Origin: the human T2T-CHM13v2.0 reference genome, Homo sapiens
Direction: 5' to 3' (one strand)
Assembly: GCF_009914755.1 (NCBI RefSeq)
Contig: NC_060927.1
DNA length: 64,000 nucleotides
In this document: piece by piece, positions 32,872-47,347 of the stretch
How positions within the stretch are numbered: position 1 is the first letter of the stretch
Layout of the letters: every line of letters starts with the position of its first letter
Notes under the pieces: generated by a model
What the model was told of the DNA's origin: nothing
Database searches by the model: none
The model's input: only the letters and a program-made list of their open reading frames with translations
Program-made: the position numbers and the translations under genes

Positions 32872-35800
32872 GCAATCAATGGCTTCTATAATTTAGTAAA
32901 CATTTTTAGCTTCTTTCTACATTCACATGTATATTGTAAATTCCTGTGACACAGACTATTCTCTAAATAGTCATACTTCTTATCTTCAAAATGTGGATAT
33001 TAAATAACTCACTGGTGTATGATTATCTTCACTGTAATGGAGGATAATGAAATGTTAACAAAGTTTTTGTGATTATTAAGTTACAAAACGCATGGAAGCA
33101 CCTATTACAATTTTTGAAACATTCTAGACATTCAGTAAATACTAATTTCCCTTCCTTTTCACTTTTTTTTCCTTTTACACATAGTCTTTTTTATCCCTAG
33201 CCTCTATGCCTTTGATCATGCTGGCCCCTCTTTCCAGAATGCCCTTCTCTTTCATGTCCACGAATACCCTCTCTAACTGAAAGTCCAGATCAGGGTTAAC
33301 TTCTCTACAAAATACTTATCTAAGTGAATTTTAATTTAACTGTATCTTTTTTTATTTACTACTTAATAAAAATATAAAGTCTGCAATTAAGGTATAAACA
33401 AGCATAATTATGCTTCTAAAGGAGAGAGAATATGTTTATAAAAACAGTTGAATGTCTATCAAAATTATATTTACATGCTAAGTGTTTATGGAATATGATC
33501 TTTCTGTTCTCCTCTGTCATCTAACCTCATCAGTGCAGGTAAGACATTGGGAAGAGGTCTTGGAGATGTGTGAAACTTCTGTCACATGACACTTCTGTTC
33601 CCTCCAAATGCTCAACCTCCACGTGCAGCTCCTGCTTTTCTTTTCTTTATAACTCTCATGGGTTTTTTGTGGGGTGTTTTTTGTTGTTACTACATCATAA
33701 CAATGCAGCATGGATGGATGAAGAAGCCTGTTTATTAATTGATTTTTTAAAAAGAAACATGAAGACATAAACAATACCAGGCAGGATTGTTGACTGGTGA
33801 GGGAAAGAGTGAAGAATATTTTTGTTTTCATCCAATCATAATATTCTTACTATAGAAACTCACAAAGCCTATAATAGCTCTTCTCATGACTATACTTTAC
33901 ATACATTGCTTTATTTCGTGTGATTTGCATGAGTTTTTTCATCTGTACAATAGGCAAAGTCAAGCTTGTTTAGTTTATTCCTTCTGGAAGAAAAATAGGA
34001 CAAAAATATCGTTCATGGAATCAAAACGTCTCATTTAATAAAAGTAGAAATACCAGTTTCTTGACCCTTATCAAGCCTTTTTGTTGCCCCCTGTGGCTGT
34101 TGCCTTTAGAACTTGATAAGGCTTTGACATTTAAAATGATCATATTAAACATTTTCCCCTTTATCCCTCAAATGTACCCAGCTATTAGTTTTTCATGAGA
34201 TTCCGGTAATGTAGCTAGTAAAGTAGTAGTTGCATTAAGAGACATTAGTTTTGGAGAGAAAAAAATACTCTAATTTTATTTAAACTAATTAACTTTTAAA
34301 GAATCATTTTATTTGTTTAGGTAATTTTCCTTGTGGTACAATCTGTTGCATATTGGCTAAGTGCACTTTATTTCATAAATTTTGCACATACGTATGCACT
34401 AAATTGAGTGGCTGTCTCAGAGACAGGTGTGAAGATGTTCCACTGTCTGTTCGGTTGTTCCCTGGGGATTTTTGTAATATTGCCATAATTCTGTAGCCTC
34501 TAATCTTTTTATTTATCTCCTCTTCTTTTTGTAAATATATAAATAACTCAATCACAATATTTTTAATAAATGTTATCCTGACTTTTGGCTGCTGCAGCTA
34601 TGACTTGTCTAGATGCATTTATATCTTAGAATATGAACACACTTGAAATATTAAATAAAAATTTAAAAAATAAGGTTCAGTCTTGTTCAAAGGAATGTAA
34701 GATGTAGTCTGGTAAAATGTCTAACACTATTCTATTCTTGAATTTATGGGTTGAAACCAACCAATAAGATAAACTTAAAATTTCCCTTATCTATTTCAGC
34801 TCATTCAGTGGGAGGCATGCTTTCATTCTGAGTTAATTTAGAGAACATTTGGCACATTTATTTATAATTAAATACAATTAGAGGTATTATCTTCTGTGTA
34901 AAAAGCACATGCAATATACTACTATGTTATTTGACAACAGATTTCAACAAACAGAAAATTTCTGAGGAATGAAATGTTAACAAAGATGTCCTTCCGATTT
35001 TTAACTAAAGTAGCCTGTATTTCTCAGAAGGATCTGCCTTTTTCCCGTACTGTGTCCTATATCTGCCATCATTAACTACAATGCCATATCCATAACACCA
35101 AAAGTTTTGTTTAAATCATCCCACTCAATAAATTAAAAAAATAAGCTTCACTATCAGAAAAATATTCATTGAGCTACTCTGTTATAAAATCTAAGAACAA
35201 GAGAGAAGTCCACAATCTATAAGGCCACAGTAAGAGAGCTATTTTAGATAATGGAAAGCTGGAAATACTTGCCTGCCTTATGACTTCTGTTCTTTTTCAG
35301 ACTGTCTTCAAATATTTGAACTACTGAAATAAGGAATATGTTTATTTTGTATGTCCAAAAAGAAGAAAAGTAGGATAAATAGAGAAAGGGAGACCAGTTT
35401 TAATATATTAGCAGATTTCCTGTAGGGTGGCTATTGTCAATAAGCATGGACAAGCAGAGTTTAGGAAAAATGTCATAGAGGTGACTCAAGTACCAGATGA
35501 AATGTTATGCCAGGTAACCTTTAAAGCTCCTTTAGAACTTAAGATCCTCGCATTAAAATTATTGAAAAGCCTTCAGTTTTCAAAGACTAATCTGGTTACT
35601 GAATGGTTTCAGAATAGCCTTACTGTCTTTATTAATCATGTACATTGTAATTTTAGATTTTTTACTGACAATATTATTTTATATCATTAATGAATACCAT
35701 GGTAGATTACAATGTCTATAACAAGAATCAGTGATCCCCAACATGATGAGAGAGTACTATGCCTCATGGTCCACCACTTATTAGATACGTTCTTAAATAA

Positions 35801-36034
35801 AAGCCAGTCACTATCATTGTCCTAAAGAAATAAGCATATAACCCACATGAAGCATGTATGATTTTAAATTTTAGCCTAAAGAATTGCTTCTTTCCTCTAA
35901 TTAATGTGTCTTTTGCTGACTCTAAGCTTTTGCCATATGCCTTCTGAACAGGTAAAACATATGATTAAAATGACTTTTACATTATGTTTAATTTACCCAT
36001 ATCTTGTAAATAGGGAAGAATTTTTAATTACAGT

Positions 36035-36411
36035 TATATCAGTCAAGTTTCTCCAGAGAAACAGACATATAGGATATATATGTCTATATACAGATACATT
36101 TATTTAAGGAATTGGCTCATGTAATTATAGAGGCTGGTGAACCCAAAATCTGCAGGGTGATCTGGCACTTCCTGGAATAGCTGATGTGTTTCAAGTCCGA
36201 AGGTCATCTGTTGGAGAATTTCTGCTTGCTAGAAGATCAGTTTTCTGTTCCATTCAGACTTTCAACGAATTGGATTAAATTATACTTGTCTGCATTATGG
36301 AGAGCAATCTTTCTTACTCAAATTCCATGATTCAAATGTTCATCTCATCCAAAAAACAACCTTACAGAAAAATCTGAACCATGGCTCAGGAAAATTGACA
36401 CATAAAATTAT
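36035..36411 (-). mobile_element. MLT2 (C/D-like) ERVL LTR
   Basis: ttctccagagaaacaga...aaggaattggctcat...gagagcaatct...ttgacacataaaatta. Confidence 0.8.
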
Positions 36412-36904
36412 GTGAAAAATGTATTCATTGCGGTCTCCCTCTCTATGTTTCTTTGTCCTGGAAAATGATCCCTCAGAATTTCTTTCCTCTCCTTTCCTTG
36501 GACTATGTTACTTATAAGATTAGCATAATATAAACTATAATTCTGGGTTTTGTTTCATGAAAGTTTCCACTGACTTGTCACTGTTTTCTTAAGACAACTT
36601 TGCACATTGTAATTGTTGGATAAAAAGCTGTATACATCTATCAGAAACCAACTTAAAAAAAAGAAACCAGGTGATTTTGTAATCTTATCTAGGCAGTTGC
36701 ATTTTTTAGACGTGTGCTATTCAAAGTGTCATCTGCAGATCAGTAAGTTTGGGAAGCGCAGGTTTAGACCTCTTATGCTGCCATTTACAGTAAAGATTTT
36801 AAATCTTATATCGTTTTGTTGCCTAATTATTTCTATATTTTATTTTGGTTGCATGAAATTTCTGAAATCCCATTTCATACATAAATATTTACAACTAGTA
36901 GTTT

Positions 36905-37462
<558 letters not shown>

Positions 37463-37469
37463 GTGTCTC

Positions 37470-40400
37470 AATGTTGTGTTTAGTTTGTTCTTGATCTTCT
37501 AGTCCTTTGAGGTATATCATTAGGTTGTGTATTTGAAGTCTACTTTTTTGATGCAGATGTTTATTGCCATAAACTTCCCTCTTAGTACTGCTTTTGCTGT
37601 ATCCTACAGATTTTGGTATGCGTTATTTCCGTATTTTTTTTTTAAGAAATTTTTTAACTGTCTTAATTTTTTTTATTCCCCATTGTTTGTTCAGGAGAGT
37701 GCTGTTTAATTTCCATGTGTTCATGAAGTCCGAGGTTCCTCCTGTTATTCATTTCTAATGTTATTCAATTGTAGTCAAAAAGTTACTTGGTATGGTTTCT
37801 ACTTTTAAAAATGTATTCAGACTTGTTTTATGGCCTAAGATATGATCTACATTGTAGAATGTTCCATGTGCTGATGAAAAGAGTGTGTATTCTGCAGCAG
37901 TTGAGTGAAATGGTCTGTAAATGTCAGTTAAGCCTATTAGGTCTAGCATATAGTTGAACTTTAATTTTTCTTTGCTAATTTTCTGTCTAGGTGATCTGTT
38001 CATTACAAAGAGTGGGGAGTTAAAGTACCCTACTATTATTGTATTGCACTCTGACTCTTTCTTTTGCTCTTTTAATGTTTGCTTTATATACTTGAGAGCT
38101 CCTGTGTTGGATTCGTAGATATTTATAATTGACGTCTTTATCATTATAAAGTGACCTTCTTAGTCTCTTTTTATGGTCTTTGATTGTAGCCTTTTTTGTC
38201 TAAAATAAGTATAGCTACTTCTGCTCCTTTTTGGCTTCTAGTTGCATATAATACCTTTTCTCATCCCTTCACTATCAATCTACTTGTGTTTTTATAACTG
38301 AAGTGAGTATTCTTTAGGCAGTAAATAGTTGGGTCTTGTTTCTTTATTTATTCAGCCATTCTATGCCTTTTCATTGGAGCATTGAGTCCATTTACATTTA
38401 GTGTTACTATTGATAAGTAATGACTTACTACTGTCATTTGTTGTTTGTTTTCTGGTTGTTTTGTATCTCATTTCTTTTTGTCTTGTTTTTTGGTAAAGTA
38501 ATTTTCTCTGGTAGTATGTTTTTATTTTTCTCTGGTCATTGCTTTTTATTTTTAGTGAATCTGTTACAGGTTTTTGCATGGTGGCTACCATAAGGCTTAC
38601 AAAAAGACCCCTAAAGATAAAACACATTATTTTAAATAAGTGGTAACTTGTCTTGGATTACAAAGAATATAAAAAACAAAACTAAGGGAAAAAAATTTGC
38701 ACTATAATTTTATTCCCCCACATTTTGACTTTTAATTTTCTCAATTTACACATTTTTATATCACCTATCTCTTAAAATGTTGCTGTAGCTATTATTACTT
38801 TTGATAGGTTTGTCTTTTGAGCTTCATACTAGAGATACAAGTGTTACTAGTGGATTGCACACCATAATTACAGTATTAGAGTATTCTGGATTTGTCTATG
38901 TACTTAATTTACCAGTAGTTTTTACACCTTAAATGTTTTGTGTGTTTTCTTCACATTGTTGTTTCTTTTCACGAGATTGAAGAACTCCCTTTAACATTTT
39001 ATAAATGGATCTAGTGGTGGTTAATTCTCTCAGCTTTTGCTTGCCTGGAAAAGACTATCTTTCCTTCATATTTCAAGGATAACTTTGCTAGATACAGCAT
39101 TCTTGGGTGGTGTTTTTTGTTTGTTTGTTTTTCTTTCAGCACTTTGAAAATTTTGTACCACTCCCTCCTGGCCTGTATGGTTTCCATTGAGAAGCCTGTT
39201 GCCAGAATTGGAGCTCCTTTACATGTTATTTGCTTCTTTTCTCTTATTGTTTTTAGGGTCCTCTTTGAGAGTTTGATTATTGTGTGCATTGTGGTAGTCT
39301 TCTTTGGGTCAAATCTGTTTGGAATTCTCTGGCCTTCTTGTTCCTGGATAGTTATATCTTTCTCAAGTTTTGGAAAGGTTTTGTTATTGTTTCTTTGAAT
39401 AATAGTTCTACCTCTTGGTCTTGCTCAACTCCCTCTTGAATGCCAATAATTCTTAGATCTGGTCTTTTGAGATAACTTTCCATATCTTGTCGGTAATATT
39501 TGCTTCTTTTTAGTCTTTTATTTTTTTCTCCTTTGACTATGTATTTTAAAATAGTCTGTCTTTGAGCTCACTGATGTTTTTTCTTTGCTTGATCCATTAT
39601 GCTATGAGAGTAAGGAATTTTTGAGTTCAGCAAATGCATTTCTCAGTTATAATATTTGTTTGATTTTTAAAATTATTTTAATCTCTTTGTTAAATTTATC
39701 TGATAAATTTCTGAATTGCTTTCCACTGTTACCTTGAAGATCACTGAGTTTCCTTCACACAGCAGTACTGTATTTTTGATCAGAGAACTCACAAATCAGT
39801 CACGTTTTTTTGCTTTGTCCATTTGGAGAGCTCAGGGTTCTCGGCTTGCTGTCATTTCTTGTTGATGTATTACTAAGTCTTTTCTTGAAGAATTAGTTAC
39901 TTACTCCAGTCTCCTCTGTCTGGCTTTTTTTTTTTTTTTTTTAATGGATATATTTGCTTAGAGTTTCTTTACTGTTAGGTGGTTGCCTCCTTTCTAGCTC
40001 TAGTGTCTTAAGCCCAGGTTCACCTTGGCTGTAGTAAATAATCAAAGCACTGCCCTTCCCAAATGGGGAAGGTGCCAAAAAAATATCCTAGCAGTATGGA
40101 AAGGCTGGCTTGGGGTTCTTTTCCAGGGACCTGTGGAATGAACCTCCTATAGCATAGTGTGGCTGAACAGTCTCCTTTGGCTGAGTTACAAAGCAGAGTT
40201 TTCAGGGCTGGAAAGGTAGTCTTGCCTCCTCCTTTTTCTCTGCTTGTTCTCAGGGGTATTTCTTTTCATAAGCACTTATAATACTTCCTGTGAGTTGAGG
40301 CAAGGACAGGTCTCCTGCTAGGAGACATGGGATGGTGGGGAAGCTGGCTGTCTCACTTTTTTCAGTGTACAAATCATGAGTTGGTAGAAAATTTTCTGTG

Positions 40401-40622
40401 CACTTAGTGTCAGGCAGAATGGGAAGAGGGGTGTTGCAGATGTGAAAATCCATTTCTCTTACTATCTGCTAAGAGTTTTTTCACTTCTTGATGGCCTCAG
40501 AAAGTGTCTCATTTTCATATTTGAATTATGAAATATTGATGGTAATAATCTTGGTGTTTATTTGACTTTGGTTTTCTGTGGTAGGGAATGAAGTCAGTTT
40601 GCTTCTATGCTGCCATTTTGGA
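37470..40622 (-). mobile_element. Old L1 (L1M1/L1MA-type): 5'UTR, ORF1 and ORF2 endonuclease region
   Basis: EN fragment (NTIIVGYFNSPL...DHILGHK); ORF1 fragment (IQARREWYKIFKVLKE); 5' end with YY1-like caaaatggc. Confidence 0.85.
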
Positions 40623-41264
40623 ACTGAAGGTTGAGTAGTATGATTTTTGACATTGACAGGTCATATTACAATATCAGCATTTAATTAAACTGATTTGGAA
40701 GGTTGTAGGATAATTAGAAATATATATACTTTAAAATTAAATCATTAAGTATATTTTATAATTATTCCAATTTCTTAGATGTTAAATGACCACTTTGGAA
40801 GGTGTTAGTGAGCACTTTCCTTAGTAATGTGTCTTTATTACTTTGCAGAAAATAATTTTCCAATGGATATTTTAGTATTATAAAATATTCAATAATCTTA
40901 TTTTTAAAATCTTAACTACCTTATTATTTATCTTTGGGAGATGTTATTAAAAAGTTAAAAGTTGGACACAATATGTAAAATAAAATTAATTCAAACAGTT
41001 TCTTTCTTGTCCCATTCCAAATATTCATGCCAGCACATTCTTTTGGGTAGCAAATAAATTTGTCAATTCTAGACTCCTTTTCTATTACAAACATTTTTGA
41101 AGTTTTTGTTAATTAATGATTTGTCTTAAATATTTATCAGCACCACTATAAAAGTTCTTGTATCATTTTAACAGCCAAGGTTCTTGCCCAAATATTGATT
41201 AAGTCACATTTTTGTGTGCAACTTTTATAGTAATCACCACTCCTTCTCCAAAACTTCTGTTTCT

Positions 41265-41570
41265 TTTCTTTTCTTTCTTTTTTTTTTTTGAGACGGAGTC
41301 TCGCTCTGTGGCCCAGGCTGGAGTGCAGTAGACCAATCTGGGTTCACTGCAAGCTCCGCCTCCCTCTTTCACGCCATTCTCCTGCCTCAGCCTCCGGAGT
41401 AGCTGGGACTACAGGCACCCGCCACCACGCCTGGCTAATTTTTTGTATTTTTAGTAGAGACGGGGTTTCACCATGTTAGCCAGGATGGTCTCGATCTCCT
41501 GACCTCGTCATCTGCCACCCTCGACCTCCCAAAGTGCTGGGATTACAGGAGTGAGCCACCGCGCCCGTCC
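41265..41570 (-). mobile_element. AluY
   Basis: AluY diagnostics; 17-bp TSD ccaaaacttct[g/t]tttct at 41248-41264 and 41571-41587. Confidence 0.95.
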
Positions 41571-41769
41571 CCAAAACTTCTTTTTCTAGCCATTGCTTTT
41601 GCGACAAAAATTTTAACAAATTTTGGCAACTTATTTATTTTATGACTATTTTTTAGACCTATATGTGTCAAGTGTCCTGCATAGTAGTGAATCTTCCTTG
41701 CATTTCCTTGTCTTAACATAAAGTGAAAATGCATGCAACATTAGAAGAACTAAAATATCTACATCATTC

Positions 41770-41912
41770 ATTTTCAATCTTGGCTGCATTGTAGAGTCAT
41801 CTTGGGAGCTTTAAAAAATATAGATGCTGAGGTCCTAACTAGAGGTTCACATTTAGTTGGTGGGATAAGTTCTAGGTGTCAGTATTTTTAAACGCTTCCC
41901 TAGATAATTCTT
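41770..41912. mobile_element. MER5-family DNA transposon fragment
   Basis: tcaatcttggctgcattgtagagtcatcttgggagctttaaaaaata. Confidence 0.7.
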
Positions 41913-42914
41913 TCAACTTGGATTGTGAATGACAATGTACAGTCAAATCAACTGTAAAAATTTCTTAGGTTCTCAGCTTTCAAACTAAATCAACAGTTAG
42001 ATACACATTCTAAAATTATTCATTATGAACGTTATTTCAGACATTTATACTGATTTTATTTTATTAACTGTATACTCCATTAATATATTTCCTTCAATAC
42101 TTAATAAGCTCTTCAATATACACTGAGAAAAATAAGCTGAGAGTTTTGTTTTTGTACTCATTGTATTTGAATTAAAATTTCCTTGTAGATTGTGCATGAT
42201 TTGGTAGGTTTGACACATTTTCAAAGCAAGAAACACATTAGATTGTTGGAAAATTTAAATACCCATGAAATTGAATCCAGATACAAATAAACATCGTTAT
42301 AATATATTGACATAGCATAACTCAGTAAAAATTCTGGGCAAGTAGTTTTCATTTTTGTACAGTGCTTTCAGTGTGGTAAGCAACAGTGAATAAATTGGTT
42401 CGTAATACTACAGTATCAGATGACTTTTTTTAACTTGATTAATCTTACCCTATTCGATGTCATTTTTTCCTTTTATATTGGCTAATGTTTAGCTGGAAAT
42501 CCCATTCTAATTTGTAGGTAGTTTTACATCTTGTTAACCCATAAAAATTTATTTATAAAGAAAGAAAAGTTTTGAAAGTTTACCATGAATCCACAAATTG
42601 TATAATAACATTCTCCTAAATATAAGTCAGGCAGGAAGCATCATGAACTTCCAATAAGTGCTATAGCTCATATTTATATTACCATATTATCATGATTTAT
42701 ATTACATAACATTACTATGCAACTTTTAATTTTGCTTATTTTGAGTTTACAATATACAGCCTATCTTGTTTTCAAATTATTTGATATAAATTTCAGACAC
42801 TCAAGGACACTAAGAAAACATATTTTGTCTCATCCATAAATATTCAAAATGTAAATTTTGCTTTACAAAGTAAAGAAGTAGGAAGAGAAAAGTTCCAAGA
42901 AAATGCGTGATCTT

Positions 42915-43320
42915 CTTATTTCAATAGTTTTTATTTAAGTATTTTTACTTCAATAGTTTTTGGGGTACAGGTAATCTTTGGTTAAATGTGTAAGTTCTTT
43001 AGTAGTGATTGGGGTTTTGTTGCACCCATCACCTGAGCAGTGTACACTGTATTCAATGTGTAGTCCTTTATCCCTCACCCCCTTCCCAAACTTCTCCCTG
43101 TCCTTGAGTCTCCAAAGTCTATTAAATCATTCTCATACCTTTGCATCCTCATAGCTTAGTTCTCCCTTATAAGTGAGAACCTATGATATTTGGTTTTCCA
43201 TTCCTGAGTTACCTCACTTAGAATAATGGCCTCCAGCTCCATCCAAGTTGCTGGAAAAGACATTATTTCATTTCTTTTTATGGCTGAGTAGTATTCCATG
43301 GTATATATATTACCACATTT
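42915..43320 (-). mobile_element. L1PB (PB2-4-like) 3' end, first half of a split element
   Basis: tcaatagtttttggggtacagg...catcctcatagcttag...gtattccatggtatatat; left TSD cgtgatctt at 42906-42914. Confidence 0.87.
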
Positions 43321-43344
43321 TTTCGGGGGGCAGTGAGGAAAGCA

Positions 43345-43540
43345 GTGTTTATTAAGTGACCACAACATGCCAGGCACTGTATGATTACAGTCTCATTTTA
43401 TCATTTCATAAGTTCTAAGAATTTTTACTCTTGTATCCTTTCCATTTAAAAGATTTTTTGAAATGAGATTCCAAGAGATAATAATATTCAAGCTGACAGA
43501 CCTACTGAGTTTAGTTCACAGTCGGGAATTTGAAAAGGAC
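43345..43540 (-). mobile_element. MIR fragment inside the putative L1 3' transduction
   Basis: tttattaagtgaccacaacatgccaggcactgt...tctcattt...gggaatttgaa. Confidence 0.6.
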
Positions 43541-43757
43541 AAATAGTTATAAAAAAGAATATAGGAATTACTTACAACTCCATTCAAAACAACCACTATA
43601 ATTATTTAATGTAACTCCTCACAGCAATTTTTTTTTCCATGTAAAACTCCTTTGGATTCAAGGCTGCTTTGTGGTCTCTCATAGAGTTTAGGGTCCAGAA
43701 TGGGTCCCTTGCTCTGAGATCCGAAGACCCCCAGGAACTAATGCCACTGCCTCCAGC

Positions 43758-46700
43758 TTTTTTTTTTAAAGTTCAGAGGTACATGTGCAGGATGTGCAGG
43801 TTTGTTACATAGGTAAATGTGTGCCATGGTGATTTGCTGCACAGATCAACCCATCACCTAGGTATTAAGCCCAGCATCCATTAGTATTCTTCCTGATGCT
43901 CTCCCTCTTTCTTGACTCCCAAGCTCCAACAGACCTCAATGTATGTTTTTCCCCACTATGAGTCCATGTGTTCTCATCTTTCAGCTCTCACTTGTAAGTA
44001 AGAACATGTGGTATTTGGTTTTCTGTTCCTGCATTAGTTTGTTGCAGATAATGGCCTTTAGCTCCCTCTATGTCCCTGCAAAGGACATGATCTCTTTCCT
44101 TTTTATGACTGCATAGTGTATATGTACCATATTTTATTTATCCAGTCTATTGTTGATGGCCATTTAGGTTGATTTCATGTCATTGCTATTGTGAATAGTG
44201 CTGCAATGAACATATGTGTGCATGTGTCTTTATCACAGAATGATTTACATCTGTTTGGGTAGATACCCAGTAATTGGATTGCTGGGTCAAATGGTATTTC
44301 TGTCCCTAGGTATTTGAGGAATCTCTACACTGTCTTCCACAATGGTTAAACTAGTTTACGCTCCCAGTAGAAAAGCTTTCCTTTTTCTCGATAACCTCAT
44401 CAGTATTTGTTGTTTTTTGACTTTTTAATAATCATCATTCTGACTGGTGTGAGATAGTATTTCAATGTGGTTTTGATTTGCATTTCTCTAATGACCAGTG
44501 ATGTTGAGCTTTTATTCATATATTTGATTGGCCGTAAGTATGTCTTTTAAAAAGTGTCTGTTCATGTCCTTTGCCCACTTTTTAATGGGGTTGTTTGTTT
44601 TCTTGTACATTTGTTTAAGTTCCTTGTAGCTGCTGAATATTAGACCTTTGTCAGGTGGATAGATTGCAAAATTTTCTCCCATTCTGTAGGTTGTCTGTTC
44701 ACTCTGATGATAGTTTCTTTTGCTGCACAGCGATGTTTTAGTTTAATTAGATTCCATTTGTCAATTTTTGCTTTTGTTGCAATTGCTTTTGGCATTTTTG
44801 TCATAAAATCTTTGCCTGTGCCTATGTCCTGAATGGTATTGCCTAGATTTTCTTCTAGAGTTTTTAGAATTTTGAGTTTTATATTTAAGAGTTTAATCCA
44901 TCTTGAGTTGATTTTTTGTATATGGTGGTAAGGAAAGGGTCCAGTTTCAATTTTCTGCATATGGCTAGCTGGTTCTCCCTGCACCATTTATTAAACAGGG
45001 AATTATTTCTCCATTGCTTGTTTTGGTCAGGTTTGTCAAAGATCAAATTGTTGTAGGTGTATAATCTTATTTCTGGGTTCTCTATTCTGTTCCATTGGTC
45101 TATGTGTCTGTTCTTGTGCCAGTACCATGCTGTTTTGGTTACTGTAGCATTGTAGTATAGTTTGAAGTCAGTAGAGTGATGCCTCCAGCTTTGTTCTTTC
45201 TACTTAGAATTGTCTTAGCTATTTAGCCTCTTTTTTGGTTTCATATGAATTTTAAAATAGATGTTTTTCTAATTCTGTGAAGAACGCCAATGTTAGTTTA
45301 ATGGGACTAGCATCGAATCTATAAATTGCTTTGGGCACCATGGCCATTTTCACAATATTTATTCTTCCTATCCATGAGCATGGAATGGTTTTCCATTTGT
45401 TTGTGTCATCTCTGATTTCTTTGAGCAGTGGTTTGTAGTTCTCCTTGAAGAGGTCCTTAATTTTCCTTGTTAGCTGTATTCCTAAGTATTTTATTCTTTT
45501 TGTGCCAATTGTGAATGGGTGTTTATTTGTGATTTGGCTCTCAGCTAACCTGTTTTTCTATATAGGAATGCTAGGGATTTTTGCACATTTGTTTTGTATC
45601 CTGAGACTTTGCATAAGTTGCTAATCAGCTTAAGAAGCTTTTAGGCTGAGATTATGGGATTTTCTAGATATAGGATTGTGTCATCTGCAAACAAAGATAG
45701 TTTCACTTCCTCTCTCCCTATTTGAATACCCTTTATTTTTCTGTTTCCTGATTGCCCTGGCCAGAACTTCCAATACTGTGTTGAATAGAAGAAGTGAGAG
45801 AAGGCATCCCTGTCTTGTGCCAGTTTTCAAGGGGAGTGCTTCCAGCTTTTGCCCGTTCAGTATGATATTGGCCATGGGTTTGTCATAAATGACTTATTAT
45901 TTTGAGGTATGTTCCTTCAATACCTAGTTTATTGAGAGTTGTTAACATGAAGGAACGTTGGGTTTTATTGAAGGCCTTTTCTGCATCTATTGAGATAATT
46001 ATCTGGTTTCTGTCTTTAGTTCTGTTTATGTGATGGATCACATTTATTGATTTGCATATTTTGAACTAACCTTGCATCCCAGGGATGAAGCCTACTTGAT
46101 CATTGTTGATAAGCTCTTTGATGTGTGTCTGTATTTGGTTGGCCAGTATTTTGTTGAAGATTTTTGCATCGATGTTCATCAAGGATATTGACCTGAAATT
46201 TTCTTTTTTGTGTTGTGTCTCTGCCAGGTTTTTGTATCAGAATAATGCTGGCCTCATAGAATGAGTTAGGGAGCAGTACCACCTTTTCTATTTTTTGGAA
46301 TAGTTTCAGTAGAATTGGTACCAGCTCTTCTTTGTATCTCTGGCAGAATTCGGCTGTGAATCTGTCTGGTCCTGGGCTTTTTTTGGTTGGTAGGCTATTT
46401 ATTTCTGCCTCAGTTTCTGAACTTGTTGTTTGTCTACTCAGGGATTCAATTTCTTCCTGGCTCAGTCTTGGGAGGGTGCATGTGTCCAGAAATTTGTCCA
46501 TTTCTTCTAGATTTTCCATTTTAGATTCTAGATAATCTTCTAGATTATCCATTTCTTCCTAGTTTATGTGCATGGAGATGTTTATAGTATTGTCTGATAG
46601 TTGTTTGCATTTCTGTGGGGTCAGTGGTGCTATCCCCCTTATTTCTGATTGTGTTTATTTGAATCATCACTGTTTACTTTATTAGTCTAGTTAGAAGTCT

Positions 46701-47090
46701 ATCGATTTTATTAAATTTTTCAAATAATCAGTGCCTGGATTCATTGATTTTCTGATGGGTTTTTCATGTCTCTATCTCCTTCAGTTCAGCTCTGATCTTG
46801 GTTATCTCTTGTCTTCTGCTGGCTTTGGGTTTTTTTTTTCTTTTGCCTTGAATCTCTAGTTGTTTTATTTGTGATGTGAAGTTGTTAAGTTGAGATCTTT
46901 CTAGCTTTCTGATGTAGGCATTTAGTGCTATAAATTTTCCTCTTAACACTGCTTTAGCTGCATCCCAGAGATGCTGGTACACTATACTTTTGTTCTCATT
47001 AGTTTCAAAGAACTTCTTGATTTCTACCTTATTTACATTATTTATCCAAGAGTCATTCAGGAGCAGGTTGTTCAGTTTCCATGTAGTCGT
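43758..47090 (-). mobile_element. 5'-truncated L1PA10-13-like element
   Basis: T tail at 43758-43767; 3'UTR acatgtgcaggatgtgcagg...; ORF2 fragments in the ORF track. Confidence 0.92.
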
Positions 47091-47347
47091 GTGTATAACA
47101 CATTTCCTTTTATACTTGGTCGACAGGCACTTATGTTAGTTTCATATTTTTGCAATTGTGAATTGTGCTGCTATAAACATGTGTGTGCATGGGTCTTTTT
47201 CATGTAATGACTTCATTTTCTCTGGGTAGATACCCAGTAGTGGGATTGCTAGGTTGAATAATACTTCTACTTTTAGGGTTTTTAAGGAATCTCCATACCG
47301 TTTTCCATTGTGGTTGTATTAATTTACATTGCCACCAAGAGTGTAAA
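47091..47347 (-). mobile_element. L1PB, second half of the split element
   Basis: Resumes at cacattt...tttttgcaattgtgaattgtgctgctataaacatg; right TSD cgtgctctt at 47348-47356. Confidence 0.85.
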
